Made by a program: the position numbers and the translations under genes. Of a DNA stretch of 63,918 nt, positions 18,853-31,352 are shown piece by piece. Position 1 is the first letter of the stretch; every line of letters starts with the position of its first letter. Location of the stretch: positions 1 through 63,918 of the forward strand of contig CASFOW010000035.1 in the NCBI GenBank assembly GCA_949296705.1, written 5' to 3'. Below the pieces are notes generated by a model. It was not told where the DNA came from and did no database searches. It saw nothing but the letters and a program-made list of their open reading frames with translations. This stretch comes from an uncultured bacterium (GTDB lineage: Bacteria; Bacillota_I; Bacilli_A; RF39; UBA660).

Positions 18853-19299
18853 TTAAGAACGTTTTTCACGAAAAAAATCTTTTACTATATTTGAGGCTTC
18901 TTTCTCTAGAATACCACCAATAAGTTCAACTGTATTTCCATACGACTTTGTTGCAAATATTCTTTCAACCAATTCAACATCATTTGTATTAGCAACTGTC
19001 CCATAAATAACTTTTACTATTCTAGACTGAGCAATAGCACTAGCACACATTGGACATGGTAACATAGTTACATACAAAGTGCAATCAATCAAGCGCCAAT
19101 TTTCTAATTTTTTAGAAGCTTCCATAATACAACAAATTTCGGCATGAAAAATTGCACAATTTTTCGAATCTTTCTGATTATGAGAAGAAGCAATCACTTG
19201 ATTATCCTTAACTAAAACAGCTCCTACAGGTACTTCACCATTCTGATAAGCTATTTTAGCTTCTTTCAAAGCTAAAGTCATAAATTCTATATCATTCAT
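18853..19299 (-). CDS. tadA: tRNA adenosine(34) deaminase
   Basis: EVPVGAV, HAE and PCPMC motifs. True start is 19299; the longer ORF overlaps the SRP RNA. Confidence 0.9.
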   Translation of the reverse strand: MNDIEFMTLALKEAKIAYQNGEVPVGAVLVKDNQVIASSHNQKDSKNCAIFHAEICCIMEASKKLENWRLIDCTLYVTMLPCPMCASAIAQSRIVKVIYGTVANTNDVELVERIFATKSYGNTVELIGGILEKEASNIVKDFFREKRS

Positions 19300-19319
19300 A
19301 TATATTCTCCCAAAAAAAA

Positions 19320-19394
19320 GTGCACATAAATATAAAATGTTAAGGCTGCTATCTTCCGATCCTGACCTGGTTCCATCCATATTTATTGCACATC
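19320..19394 (-). ncRNA. ffs: Signal recognition particle RNA (small 4.5S-type)
   Basis: Domain IV CAGGTCAGGATCGGAAGATAGCAGCC within a long hairpin closed by GTGCA/TGCAC and followed by a T-run. Confidence 0.9.
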
Positions 19395-19410
19395 AATATT
19401 TTAATATATT

Positions 19411-19463
19411 TTATCCACAATTTCAATAAAAATACAAAATTTTCTATTATTTTTTTATCCACA
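19411..19463 (+). promoter_or_regulatory. Two perfect DnaA boxes at the left edge of the array
   Basis: TTATCCACA at 19411-19419 and 19455-19463; a third at 20692-20700 near the right edge. Confidence 0.75.
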
Positions 19464-19473
19464 ATTTAATTAG

Positions 19474-20744
19474 AATGTTTCACGTGAAACATTGGGTATA
19501 AAATTATTTCCCGGGAAATAATTTATATCTATTTAATCAATAAACATCTCTAAATGTAGTCACAATTATATTCTTTTAAACTTTATGCAATAGATCAACA
19601 TTTATCTATAAATATTAATCATCTATAAAGCATTATTAAAAAGGAATAAAGAAAGTTAACATTAATTTTTCAATGTTTCACGTGAAACATTGGGTATAAA
19701 ATTATTTCCCGGGAAATAATTTTGTGAAATATATCAAAGTACAAACAAATAATTTGAATACTTAAACAAAGAATTTAGGCTAATTATACAATCTTTTGGT
19801 ATTAATAGAACCAAATGTATTATCTGTAAGAACATAAGCTAATACAAATTTAAATATTTCAAAAAATTAAACACAAATAAATAACATTTTTCAATGTTTC
19901 ACGTGAAACATTGTGCATAAAATTATTTCCCGGGAAATAATTTATAGCTATTTTATTCAATAGATATCTTTAAATTCAGTCACAATTATATTCCTTTAAA
20001 CTTTATACGATAGATTAACATATATCTATAAAGTAAATAACATATTAATCATCCATAGACTTTCTTAAAAAGAAAATAAAGAAAGTCAATAATGGTTTTT
20101 CAATGTTTCACGAGAAACATTGTGTACAAAATTATATACCGGGAAATAATTAATAGCCATTTTATTAAATAGATATCTATAATTCAGTCACAATTATATT
20201 CTTTTAAACTTTATACGATAGTTCAACATTTATCTATAAATATTATTCATCTATAAGACATTATTAAAAAGGAATAAAGAAAATCAAGAATAATTTTTCA
20301 ATGTTTCACGTGGAACATTGGGTATAAAATTATTTCCCGGGAAATAATTTTGTGAAATAAATCAAAGTACAAACAGATAATTTGAATACTTAAACAAAGA
20401 ATTTAGGCTAATTATACAATCTTTTGGTATTAATAGAGCCAAAAGTATTATCTATAAGAACATAACTAATACAAATTTAAATATTTTAGAAAAAAATTAA
20501 ACATAAATAAATATACTTTTTCAATGTTTCACGTGAAACATTGTGCACAAAATTATTTCCCGGGAAATAATTTATATCCATTTAATCAATAAACATCTTT
20601 AAATTCAGCACAATTAAATTCCTTTAAACTTTATGCGATAGATCAACAATTATCTATAAAATAAGTAATAGTTATCAATACAAATAAAGTTTTATCCACA
20701 AAAAAACATAGATCAATTATGACCTATGTTTCACGTGAAACATT
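19474..20744. repeat. Tandem array of parS/NBS modules with 198-223 bp period and ~628-bp higher-order unit
   Basis: parS TGTTTCACGTGAAACA at 19476, 19674, 19895, 20104 (variant), 20302 (variant), 20525 and 20727. NBS TATTTCCCGGGAAATA at 19505, 19703, 19924, 20133 (variant), 20331 and 20554. Spacers are homologous. Confidence 0.95.
20701..20733 (-). terminator. gyrA intrinsic terminator overlapping the last parS
   Basis: AAACATAGATC-AATTAT-GACCTATGTTT hairpin, followed by a T-run on the minus strand. Confidence 0.7.
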
Positions 20745-20750
20745 AAAATT

Positions 20751-23195
20751 TTATTCCACATTTTCTACTTCTTCCACTTCCGATTCAGGGGCACTATCAA
20801 TTACGGATACAGTCGCGACTCGCTGATCCTCCTTCAAATGAATTAATCTCACTCCTTGTGTAGCTCGTTTAAGTGTAGAAATCTGATCCATTGGCATCCT
20901 CATGATTATACCGTTGTCAGTAATAATAATTAAATCATCAGCATCTGTAACAGCTTTCAAAGAAACCATATTTCCATTCTTTTCAGTTATATGCAAAGCC
21001 ATAACTCCCTTGCTACCACGATGAGTTAATCGATATTCATCAACCTCAGTTTTCTTACCATAACCATTAACAGTAACAACTAAAATCTTTTGAGAATTAT
21101 CCACAACTTCGCCACCAACAGTAATCGCACCATCTAATTCCATTCCTTTAACACCAGAAGCAGTTCTTCCCATTACCCGAATTTCTTTTTCACTAAATCT
21201 AACCATACGTCCGTTCGATGCACCTATCAATACTTCGTTCTCACCTGTCGTTTTACGAACTGAAATTAATTCGTCATCTTCTTTTAACGTTATAGCCAGC
21301 TTACCACTTGATCTAATATTATCAAATTCAGATAAATTCGTCCTTTTTACCAATCCATTCTTAGTAATAAACAACAAATAATTAAACGAATGTTCGCTAG
21401 CTTCCAGAGTAACAACAGAACTTATATATTCTTCTTTCTCAAGAGGAAGTAAATTAATAATCGGTAATCCCTTGCTCTGACGACTGTATTCAGGAATTTC
21501 ATAACCTTTCATCCGATATACTTTGCCCTTATTCGTAAAGAATAAAATATAATCATGAGTACTCATATTGATCATCTTTTCTACAAAATCCTCTTCATTA
21601 GTTGTCATACCTTTTATTCCTACACCACCGCGATTTTGTGTACGATAAGCATCAACTGGCATACGTTTAATGTATCCTTTATTCGTTAAAGTAATCAAAG
21701 TCTGTTCTACCGGAATTAAAGACTCATCTTCAATATATTCAATAGCAGTCATATCAATTGTTGTTCTACGTTCATCAGCATATTTATCTTTAATTTCCAA
21801 TAATTCGTTCTTAATAACTTCCAAAATCTTTTCGTCACTACTCAAAATTAACCTTAGCTCCCCTATCAACTTTAATAAGTCAGCCAATTCATTTTCAATT
21901 TTTTCTCGCTCTAATCCAGTTAACCTTCTTAATTTCATCTCTAAAATCGCATTAGCTTGAACCTCTGATAAACCAAATTTCGACATTAAACCAGACCGAG
22001 CTTCATCATCAGAATTAGCTGCTTTAATTAGCTGAATAATTTCATCAATATTATCAAGAGCTATCTTCAACCCTTCTAAAATATGAACACGTTTCTCTGC
22101 ATTTTCCAAATCAAAACGAGTTCTACGAATAATTACTTCGCGTTGAAAATCAATATATTTAGCGATAATATCCTTTAATCCTAATGTTTTAGGAACACCT
22201 TGATCAAGCATAAGGAAAATAATACCATAACTAACTTGGAGACTAGTATGCTTATACAATTTATTCAAAACAACCTGGGCATTAGCATCCTTCTTCAAGG
22301 TAATCGTAATCTTAATGCCATCTTTTAAATCTGAATGATAATCTGAAATTCCCTCAATTGTCTTATTATGAACAAGTTCAGCAACTTTATTTTTTAAATC
22401 TAAAGTATTAATTCCATAAGGTACTTCTTCAATAATAATATAGTGTTTGCCATTCTTTTCCTCAATATGAGCCTTACTGCGTATAGTAATAGAGCCTCTA
22501 CCTGTTTCATATGCTTTTCTAATACCACTATTTCCTAAAATAGTAGCACCAGTAGGAAAATCAGGTCCTTTTACATACTGCATTAATTCATTTAACTCAA
22601 TGTCTGGATTATCAATATAAGCAACACAACCATCAATAACTTCACCCAAATTATGAGGCGGGATATTTGTAGCCATCCCAACAGCAATACCTGTAGTACC
22701 ATTTACTAAAATATTAGGAAATCTAGAAGGTAAAACAACGGGCTCCTTTGTAGATTCATCAAAGTTTGGAATAAAATCAACCGTATTTTTATTGATATTT
22801 CTAAGTAACTCCAAAGAAATCTTCGAAAGTCTAGATTCTGTGTATCGCATAGCAGCAGCGCCATAACCTTCAATATTTCCGAAGTTACCATGACCATCTA
22901 TCAACATGTAACGATAAGAAAAATCTTGAGCCATTCTTACCATAGCTTCATAAATAGAAGAATCACCGTGTGGGTGATAATTACCCATAACTTCACCGAC
23001 AGTTTTCGCACTTTTTTTATGAGGCTTATCTGGCGTATAACCAGACTCATACATAGAATATAAAATTCGACGATGAACAGGTTTTAAACCGTCACGAAGA
23101 TCAGGAATAGCACGTGCAGTTATAACACTCATCGAATAATCCAAAAAAGAATCTTGTACTTCTTTTACAATATTATTGTGTTCTAATCTATCCAT
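20751..23195 (-). CDS. gyrA: DNA gyrase subunit A
   Basis: [22 protein letters not shown] (catalytic Tyr), GyrA-box QNRGGVG. Confidence 0.99.
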   Translation of the reverse strand: MDRLEHNNIVKEVQDSFLDYSMSVITARAIPDLRDGLKPVHRRILYSMYESGYTPDKPHKKSAKTVGEVMGNYHPHGDSSIYEAMVRMAQDFSYRYMLIDGHGNFGNIEGYGAAAMRYTESRLSKISLELLRNINKNTVDFIPNFDESTKEPVVLPSRFPNILVNGTTGIAVGMATNIPPHNLGEVIDGCVAYIDNPDIELNELMQYVKGPDFPTGATILGNSGIRKAYETGRGSITIRSKAHIEEKNGKHYIIIEEVPYGINTLDLKNKVAELVHNKTIEGISDYHSDLKDGIKITITLKKDANAQVVLNKLYKHTSLQVSYGIIFLMLDQGVPKTLGLKDIIAKYIDFQREVIIRRTRFDLENAEKRVHILEGLKIALDNIDEIIQLIKAANSDDEARSGLMSKFGLSEVQANAILEMKLRRLTGLEREKIENELADLLKLIGELRLILSSDEKILEVIKNELLEIKDKYADERRTTIDMTAIEYIEDESLIPVEQTLITLTNKGYIKRMPVDAYRTQNRGGVGIKGMTTNEEDFVEKMINMSTHDYILFFTNKGKVYRMKGYEIPEYSRQSKGLPIINLLPLEKEEYISSVVTLEASEHSFNYLLFITKNGLVKRTNLSEFDNIRSSGKLAITLKEDDELISVRKTTGENEVLIGASNGRMVRFSEKEIRVMGRTASGVKGMELDGAITVGGEVVDNSQKILVVTVNGYGKKTEVDEYRLTHRGSKGVMALHITEKNGNMVSLKAVTDADDLIIITDNGIIMRMPMDQISTLKRATQGVRLIHLKEDQRVATVSVIDSAPESEVEEVENVE

Positions 23196-23207
23196 TTAAT
23201 AAACCTC

Positions 23208-26262
<3,055 letters not shown>

Positions 26263-26377
26263 AAATTACACCCTAAAATCATCGATAATCACCTTTTTTC
26301 AAAACTAGTACTCCCATACTTGCATATACATTATACCACGAGTAATCGACTAAAACTACAAAAAAAAGGAAAAAGCC

Positions 26378-26830
26378 TTAACTTTTTTCCACTTTTCTAG
26401 AATCTAATAAACACTGTAAACGACTTGCTCGTAAGATTTGATTTTCTAAAGAAAGTTTAGAGATAGGAATCATTAGTTCTTTACCATTTTTAAAAATAAC
26501 TTTTGTTCCCTTAGAATCTCCTAGTACTCGTTCAATAGAATGCAATGAAAGCCAAATACAATCATATGAACTAGGCGATGTAGTTGGAAAAAAGATGATC
26601 CCTCTTGTTTCTTCCACAATAATTGGTAACTTATAATTAAAGCCTAACATCCTTTTGCTTCCTTCTGCTCTACCTTGATAACTACTTCCAAAATAACAAC
26701 AACTATAATCCATTACCTCATAAGCATTTTCTTCTAAAATACTATCCATCTGATATTCCATAATTTTTGTTTTATTTGGTTCTATCCCAATAACTGCCAT
26801 TGTCTCATTATTTACCTCATATTTATTCAT
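26378..26830 (-). CDS. comK: ComK-family competence transcription factor
   Basis: YEVN..TMA, SC.YFGSSY.GR, KLPI, FFPT.SP....CIW..LH signature of the ComK family. Confidence 0.82.
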   Translation of the reverse strand: MNKYEVNNETMAVIGIEPNKTKIMEYQMDSILEENAYEVMDYSCCYFGSSYQGRAEGSKRMLGFNYKLPIIVEETRGIIFFPTTSPSSYDCIWLSLHSIERVLGDSKGTKVIFKNGKELMIPISKLSLENQILRASRLQCLLDSRKVEKS

Positions 26831-26944
26831 AAATCTTCCCCCTATCACTTGTCCATCAACCGATGAATGTCCACTACTTTAACAGCTTGGATGGGCGAAA
26901 AAAGTCGAAAAAAAGAAAAATAGCTAAAAAAACTATTTTCTTTT

Positions 26945-28066
26945 CTAATAAGTACGAATTGGTAATACTAATTGTACTAATCCTTCATCTTTAGAAGATT
27001 TCAAAATAATTGGTTTAATTTCCCCTACAAAGGAAATTTCTACTTCATCATCTTCAAATGACTTTAAAGCATCCATCATATATTTAGCAACAAAAGAAAT
27101 TTTCAAGTTTTCTTCATTGTTCTTTTCAATAAACATTTTTTCCTCTACTCTACCAATTTCAGCACTACTACTTTTTACAAACAATTTATTTCCATCAATT
27201 TCAAACGTAACAATATTTTTCTCTTTATCACTTGTTAAAATACTAGCACGATCAATTACATTATATAAATCATTTATTCTAGTTTTAATAGATAATAAGA
27301 ATTCATCAGGTAATAAATTAGCTGTATTTGGATAAGTACCACTAATTAGCCGAGATTGAAATAATAGATTCTGATATTGAATTAATATTTTATTACTAAA
27401 TACATGTAATGAAATATTTTCTTCACTATCATCCATAATTTTAATGAACTCTAATAAATTTTTACTAGGAATAACAATATTATAGTTTTCTTCTACTACA
27501 TCGTTTAATGGAATTACTTTTCTAGCTAAACGATAAGAATCTGTAGAATTACATTCTAATAAATTACCCATAATTTTAAAATTGATACCTGTTAAAATTG
27601 GTCTAGATTCATCATTGCTAGAGGCAAAAGAAGTTTGATTAATAATACTTGCAAATACTTTAGAAGAAATAAGAATAGGATTTTTACTCTTTTCTAAATT
27701 AATATTAGGATACTCATTTTTACTAATTCCATTTAAATTAAATTCACTATTCTCTGTATAAATAATAATCTTTAATTCATCGACTACCTCAATATTAATA
27801 TACTCATCAGGTAATTTTCTTACAATATCTAATATATATTTACCTTGAATAATAATACTTCCTGTTGATTCAATTACCATATCATCATTTTTCTCTAAAA
27901 ATACTTGAATAGTAATATCATTATCACTAGCTGTTAAAGTTAATCCCTTGTCTTCTAGTTCAAATTTAATACCTGCTAAAACAGGGACTAAATTTTTGGT
28001 AGATATTGCTTTAGACACTTTACTTAGTCCATCCAATAATAGTTCTTTTTTGATTTTTAATTTCAT
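26945..28066 (-). CDS. dnaN: DNA polymerase III beta sliding clamp
   Basis: SRPILTG, TDSYRLA, SRLI.G.YP motifs; C-terminal LVLPIRTY. Confidence 0.98.
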   Translation of the reverse strand: MKLKIKKELLLDGLSKVSKAISTKNLVPVLAGIKFELEDKGLTLTASDNDITIQVFLEKNDDMVIESTGSIIIQGKYILDIVRKLPDEYINIEVVDELKIIIYTENSEFNLNGISKNEYPNINLEKSKNPILISSKVFASIINQTSFASSNDESRPILTGINFKIMGNLLECNSTDSYRLARKVIPLNDVVEENYNIVIPSKNLLEFIKIMDDSEENISLHVFSNKILIQYQNLLFQSRLISGTYPNTANLLPDEFLLSIKTRINDLYNVIDRASILTSDKEKNIVTFEIDGNKLFVKSSSAEIGRVEEKMFIEKNNEENLKISFVAKYMMDALKSFEDDEVEISFVGEIKPIILKSSKDEGLVQLVLPIRTY

Positions 28067-28084
28067 ATATATTCCTTCTTTCTT

Positions 28085-28207
28085 ATATAATTATTATTAT
28101 TATTACTGTGGAAACTGTGGATAACTTGTTTTTTTCTATATTATATCATGTTTTTTTTCGTTTTCCACCTGTGGATAATCATGTTGATAAAAAATAGTTT
28201 TCAACAA
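28085..28207. other. oriC: oriC, dnaA-dnaN part (unwinding region)
   Basis: The minus strand reads TTATCCACA-GTTTCCACA-G-(TAA)5-TTATATA: tandem DnaA boxes (28107-28124) followed by DnaA-trio-like repeats and an AT-rich tract. A further box lies at 28170-28178. Confidence 0.9.
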
Positions 28208-29581
28208 TTATACAATTTCCTTCTTTAATTTTTCGATAATATTCGCAAGTTCTTGGTTGGTTTGCATCTCTTTTTCTACTTTTTCGACAGAATGCATAAC
28301 AGTGGAATGATCTTTTCCACCAAATTCTATTCCTATTTTAGGAAAAGATTCGTTAGTAAGTTTTCTACAAAGATACATGGCAACCTGTCTTGGAAAGGCT
28401 AGATTAGCACTTCTTTTTTTACTTTTCATATCATCGACTGATATTTGGAAATGTTCTGCGACTATTCGCTGTATCCGATTGATATTGTTTTTTTCACTAT
28501 ATCCTTTATTTACATAGTCTTTTAATACTTCTATGGCTAAGTCGAGTGTAATATCGGCTCCTCCCATAATTGTCGAATACGCTAGTAATCTGGTAATAGA
28601 CCCCTCTAAATGTCGAACATCACTACCAACATTGGAGGCAATATAGTCAATAACATCGTCTGGAATATTCTTATCGATAGAATCACCAATGATTTTTTTC
28701 TTGATGATCGCCACTCTAAGCTCGAAGTCAGGGGGATAAATATCCGCTGTTAGTCCCCAACAAAATCTTGTTCTGAGCCTATCTTCTAGTAGTTTTAAAT
28801 CATCCGGAGATCGATCTGAGGAAATAATAATTTGCTTATTCTCATTATATAAGGTAGTAAACGTGTGAAAAAACTCATTCTGTGTTTGAGTAGCTCCTTG
28901 AAAAAACTGAATATCATCGATGATTAGCACATCAATATTTCGATACTTATCTTTAAAATAACTGACATAATCGAAATTTTGACCAAATTCATCTTTTTTA
29001 TTTATTCCAAGAAAATCGTTAATAAATTGATCACTCGGTACATATAATACCTTTTTATTAGAATGTTGTTCAATATAATTTCCGATGGCATGCATTAAAT
29101 GAGTCTTACCTAGCCCACTATTTCCATAGATAAATAAAGGATTATAAATATTGCCTGGATTTTCTGCTACATCCATTGCAGCGGCTTGTGCAAATTTATT
29201 GCTATTTCCAACAATGAAGTTATCAAAGGTATAGTTAGGATTCAGATTGGATTGATGGCGTCTTTCTAGCTTCGGCTCCCCTACTACTTCTTTTGGTTCA
29301 AAAGCCTTTGGTTCAGGTGTTTTTTCCACTTCTAACTCTTCTTTCAGGTAAAACTGAATATCGACGTTGTCTCCAACAATATCACTAAGTGTATTCACAA
29401 TTAAGTCGTAGTATTTTGTAGCTAAATGCCGTTTGAACATCCCCATAGGAACAATAATTTTGGCTACTCCATCTTTATACTCGTAAAGTTCAGTATCTTT
29501 AAACCAAGTATTATAAGAAAGAGGAGTCATTTCGTTTTGAATACTGTTTAAAAAGTTTGCCCAAATCATTTTGACGTTCAT
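28208..29581 (-). CDS. dnaA: Chromosomal replication initiator DnaA
   Basis: YNPLFIYG.SGLGKTHL, LIIDDIQF, GGKDHSTV motifs. Start moved to 29581, behind an AGGAGG RBS. Confidence 0.99.
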   Translation of the reverse strand: MNVKMIWANFLNSIQNEMTPLSYNTWFKDTELYEYKDGVAKIIVPMGMFKRHLATKYYDLIVNTLSDIVGDNVDIQFYLKEELEVEKTPEPKAFEPKEVVGEPKLERRHQSNLNPNYTFDNFIVGNSNKFAQAAAMDVAENPGNIYNPLFIYGNSGLGKTHLMHAIGNYIEQHSNKKVLYVPSDQFINDFLGINKKDEFGQNFDYVSYFKDKYRNIDVLIIDDIQFFQGATQTQNEFFHTFTTLYNENKQIIISSDRSPDDLKLLEDRLRTRFCWGLTADIYPPDFELRVAIIKKKIIGDSIDKNIPDDVIDYIASNVGSDVRHLEGSITRLLAYSTIMGGADITLDLAIEVLKDYVNKGYSEKNNINRIQRIVAEHFQISVDDMKSKKRSANLAFPRQVAMYLCRKLTNESFPKIGIEFGGKDHSTVMHSVEKVEKEMQTNQELANIIEKLKKEIV

Positions 29582-29629
29582 ACTACTCCTCCTACTTCTA
29601 ACAAATTGCAAGAATTATTGTAACGTAAA

Positions 29630-29820
29630 ACTGTGGAAAAATAAACTCTAAATTTCAAAAAAAATTAAATCCACAGCTAATCCACAAGTAATTCACAGAT
29701 TTATCCACAACTTTTTCTTAGAAAATAAAAAAGAAATCACTTCTTATCCACAATTTTGAAAAATTTTTAATTCACATAGTGGAAAAAGTTTTCAACAGCC
29801 TGTGGAAACTGTGGATAATT
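29630..29820. other. oriC: oriC, DnaA-box cluster upstream of dnaA
   Basis: TTATCCACA at 29701 and 29743, TGTGGAAAC-TGTGGATAA at 29801-29818, and several 1-mismatch boxes. Gene orientation switches here. Confidence 0.9.
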
Positions 29821-29848
29821 AAAAAGCAAATTTAATTTTTGATATTTG

Positions 29849-29877
29849 TTGACAAAGTGATTTAATTTTATTATACT
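29849..29877 (+). promoter_or_regulatory. Sigma-A promoter of rpmH
   Basis: TTGACA-N17-TATACT. Confidence 0.8.
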
Positions 29878-29907
29878 AATGTAGATTTTATGTCTGGAGG
29901 TGGAAAT

Positions 29908-30030
29908 ATGAAAAGAACTTATCAACCTAATAATAGAAAAATGAAAAAGAAACACGGATTTTTTGCTCGTGTAAAATCTAAAGTTTTAAATAGTCGTAGA
30001 GCGAAAGGTCGTAAAAGATTATCGAAGTAA
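29908..30030 (+). CDS. rpmH: 50S ribosomal protein L34 (40 aa, not in the ORF track)
   Basis: [40 protein letters not shown], with a GGAGG RBS, upstream of rnpA. Confidence 0.96.
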   Translation: MKRTYQPNNRKMKKKHGFFARVKSKVLNSRRAKGRKRLSK

Positions 30031-30083
30031 TGCCACTGTCTCCAGTGGTTTTTTATTCTTATCTATAGTAAGTAGGGGTAAAG

Positions 30084-30422
30084 ATGAAAAAATACGAAGT
30101 TGTGAAAGAAAATAGGGATTTTCAAAAAATAATCGAGCAGGGGATATACAAGAAAAATCAACAGTTAATTATATATTATCTCGAAAATTCGCTTAATCAT
30201 AATCGTTTTGGTATTTCGGTAGGAAAAAAAATAGGGAACGCAGTTACAAGGAATAAATGGAAGCGCAGATTACGTAGTATTATCGATAAAAATAAAAAAC
30301 TATACCAAAATCATCGAGATTATATTATAATATTAAGAAAGAACTGTCATAATTTAGAATTTAACGAATTAGAAGATAGTTTTTTGCATTTATTTGAAAA
30401 AGTAAATAAAGAATCCAGATAA
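30084..30422 (+). CDS. rnpA: Ribonuclease P protein component
   Basis: RFGISVGKKIGNAVTRNKWKRRLR (RNR motif). Confidence 0.97.
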   Translation: MKKYEVVKENRDFQKIIEQGIYKKNQQLIIYYLENSLNHNRFGISVGKKIGNAVTRNKWKRRLRSIIDKNKKLYQNHRDYIIILRKNCHNLEFNELEDSFLHLFEKVNKESR

Positions 30423-30431
30423 GGAGTGTCT

Positions 30432-31352
30432 ATGAAATATAAAAATAAATTTATCATTTTACTTGTTGTCGTTCTTTTGCTTACTGGTTGTACCACTACG
30501 CTGAAAACAGAGGATAAGAAAGTAGTAAAGAATCCAGAAACCGGTCAAAGTTTAACCGCAAATATATTATGTAAACCAACCAATGAAGAAACCATTAAAG
30601 CGTATGAAGAAAATGGGGTCGATCTCGCTGCATTGCCAAAGTGTACAGAGTTTAGTGTAACGAGTGGGGGATACGAAGGATTATGGACATCACTATTTGT
30701 TAAACCGCTAGCATTTATTATTTTGTTCATTATGAAATTTGTAAAGAGTGCCGGTTTTGCTTTAATCTTAACTAGTATTGCTTTAAGATTAATTTTATAT
30801 CCTGTAACGAAGAAAACTGCAATGCAATCAGAATTAATCAAGAAAGCAAAACCTGATCTTGACCGTCTAGAAAAGAAATATAAAGATAAAACTGATCAAG
30901 ATTCTCTAATGAGAAAGAGTCAAGAAATGACAATGATCTATAAGAAATATAATATTAATCCAATATCAGGATGCTTATATTCTTTCATACAACTTCCATT
31001 ATTTATTGCTTTCTTAGAGGCGATTAATAGAGTACCAGCTTTGTTTGAAGAGACATTCTTAACTCTTCAATTAGGAACAACTCCATCTGTTGGATTGTTT
31101 ACCAATGGTAATTTTTCTTATGTTATATTAATTGTACTCGTCGGTATAACAACTTATTTCTCCTTTAATTTAAATAAAACAACTGCGCAAACGCAAGACG
31201 ATCCAATGAAAAATATGACAAATATTATGACAGGTATGATTGTCGTAATGGGAATTTTTATGCCAGCTGCCTTATGTATTTACTGGATTACGACAAATGC
31301 CTTTACTATAGCACAGAATTTAATTGTAAAAAGGAGTAAGGAAGTATGCTAG
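30432..31352 (+). CDS. yidC: Membrane protein insertase YidC/SpoIIIJ
   Basis: Lipobox LLTGC, INPISGC...IQLP, LCIYWIT.N.F...Q; synteny. Confidence 0.95.
   Translation: MKYKNKFIILLVVVLLLTGCTTTLKTEDKKVVKNPETGQSLTANILCKPTNEETIKAYEENGVDLAALPKCTEFSVTSGGYEGLWTSLFVKPLAFIILFIMKFVKSAGFALILTSIALRLILYPVTKKTAMQSELIKKAKPDLDRLEKKYKDKTDQDSLMRKSQEMTMIYKKYNINPISGCLYSFIQLPLFIAFLEAINRVPALFEETFLTLQLGTTPSVGLFTNGNFSYVILIVLVGITTYFSFNLNKTTAQTQDDPMKNMTNIMTGMIVVMGIFMPAALCIYWITTNAFTIAQNLIVKRSKEVC

Noticed and set aside
19300-19380. 27-aa N-terminal extension of TadA in the ORF track
   Set aside because: It overlaps the SRP RNA. An RBS-like GGGAG precedes the ATG at 19299.
19474-20744. CRISPR array interpretation of the regularly spaced palindromic repeats
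   Set aside because: Spacers are 150-180 bp and homologous to each other, the repeats match parS and NBS, and no cas genes are present.
19474-20744. Protein-coding or MITE/IS origin of the array
   Set aside because: No ORF of 60 aa or more, and no terminal inverted repeats with target duplications or a transposase were seen.
26850-26900. Small GC-richer hairpin(s) in the comK leader
   Set aside because: Only a 6-bp stem with no terminator or recognisable motif; insufficient support for a regulatory RNA.
29767-29955. 62-aa minus-strand ORF
   Set aside because: It overlaps oriC DnaA boxes and is antisense to rpmH; spurious.
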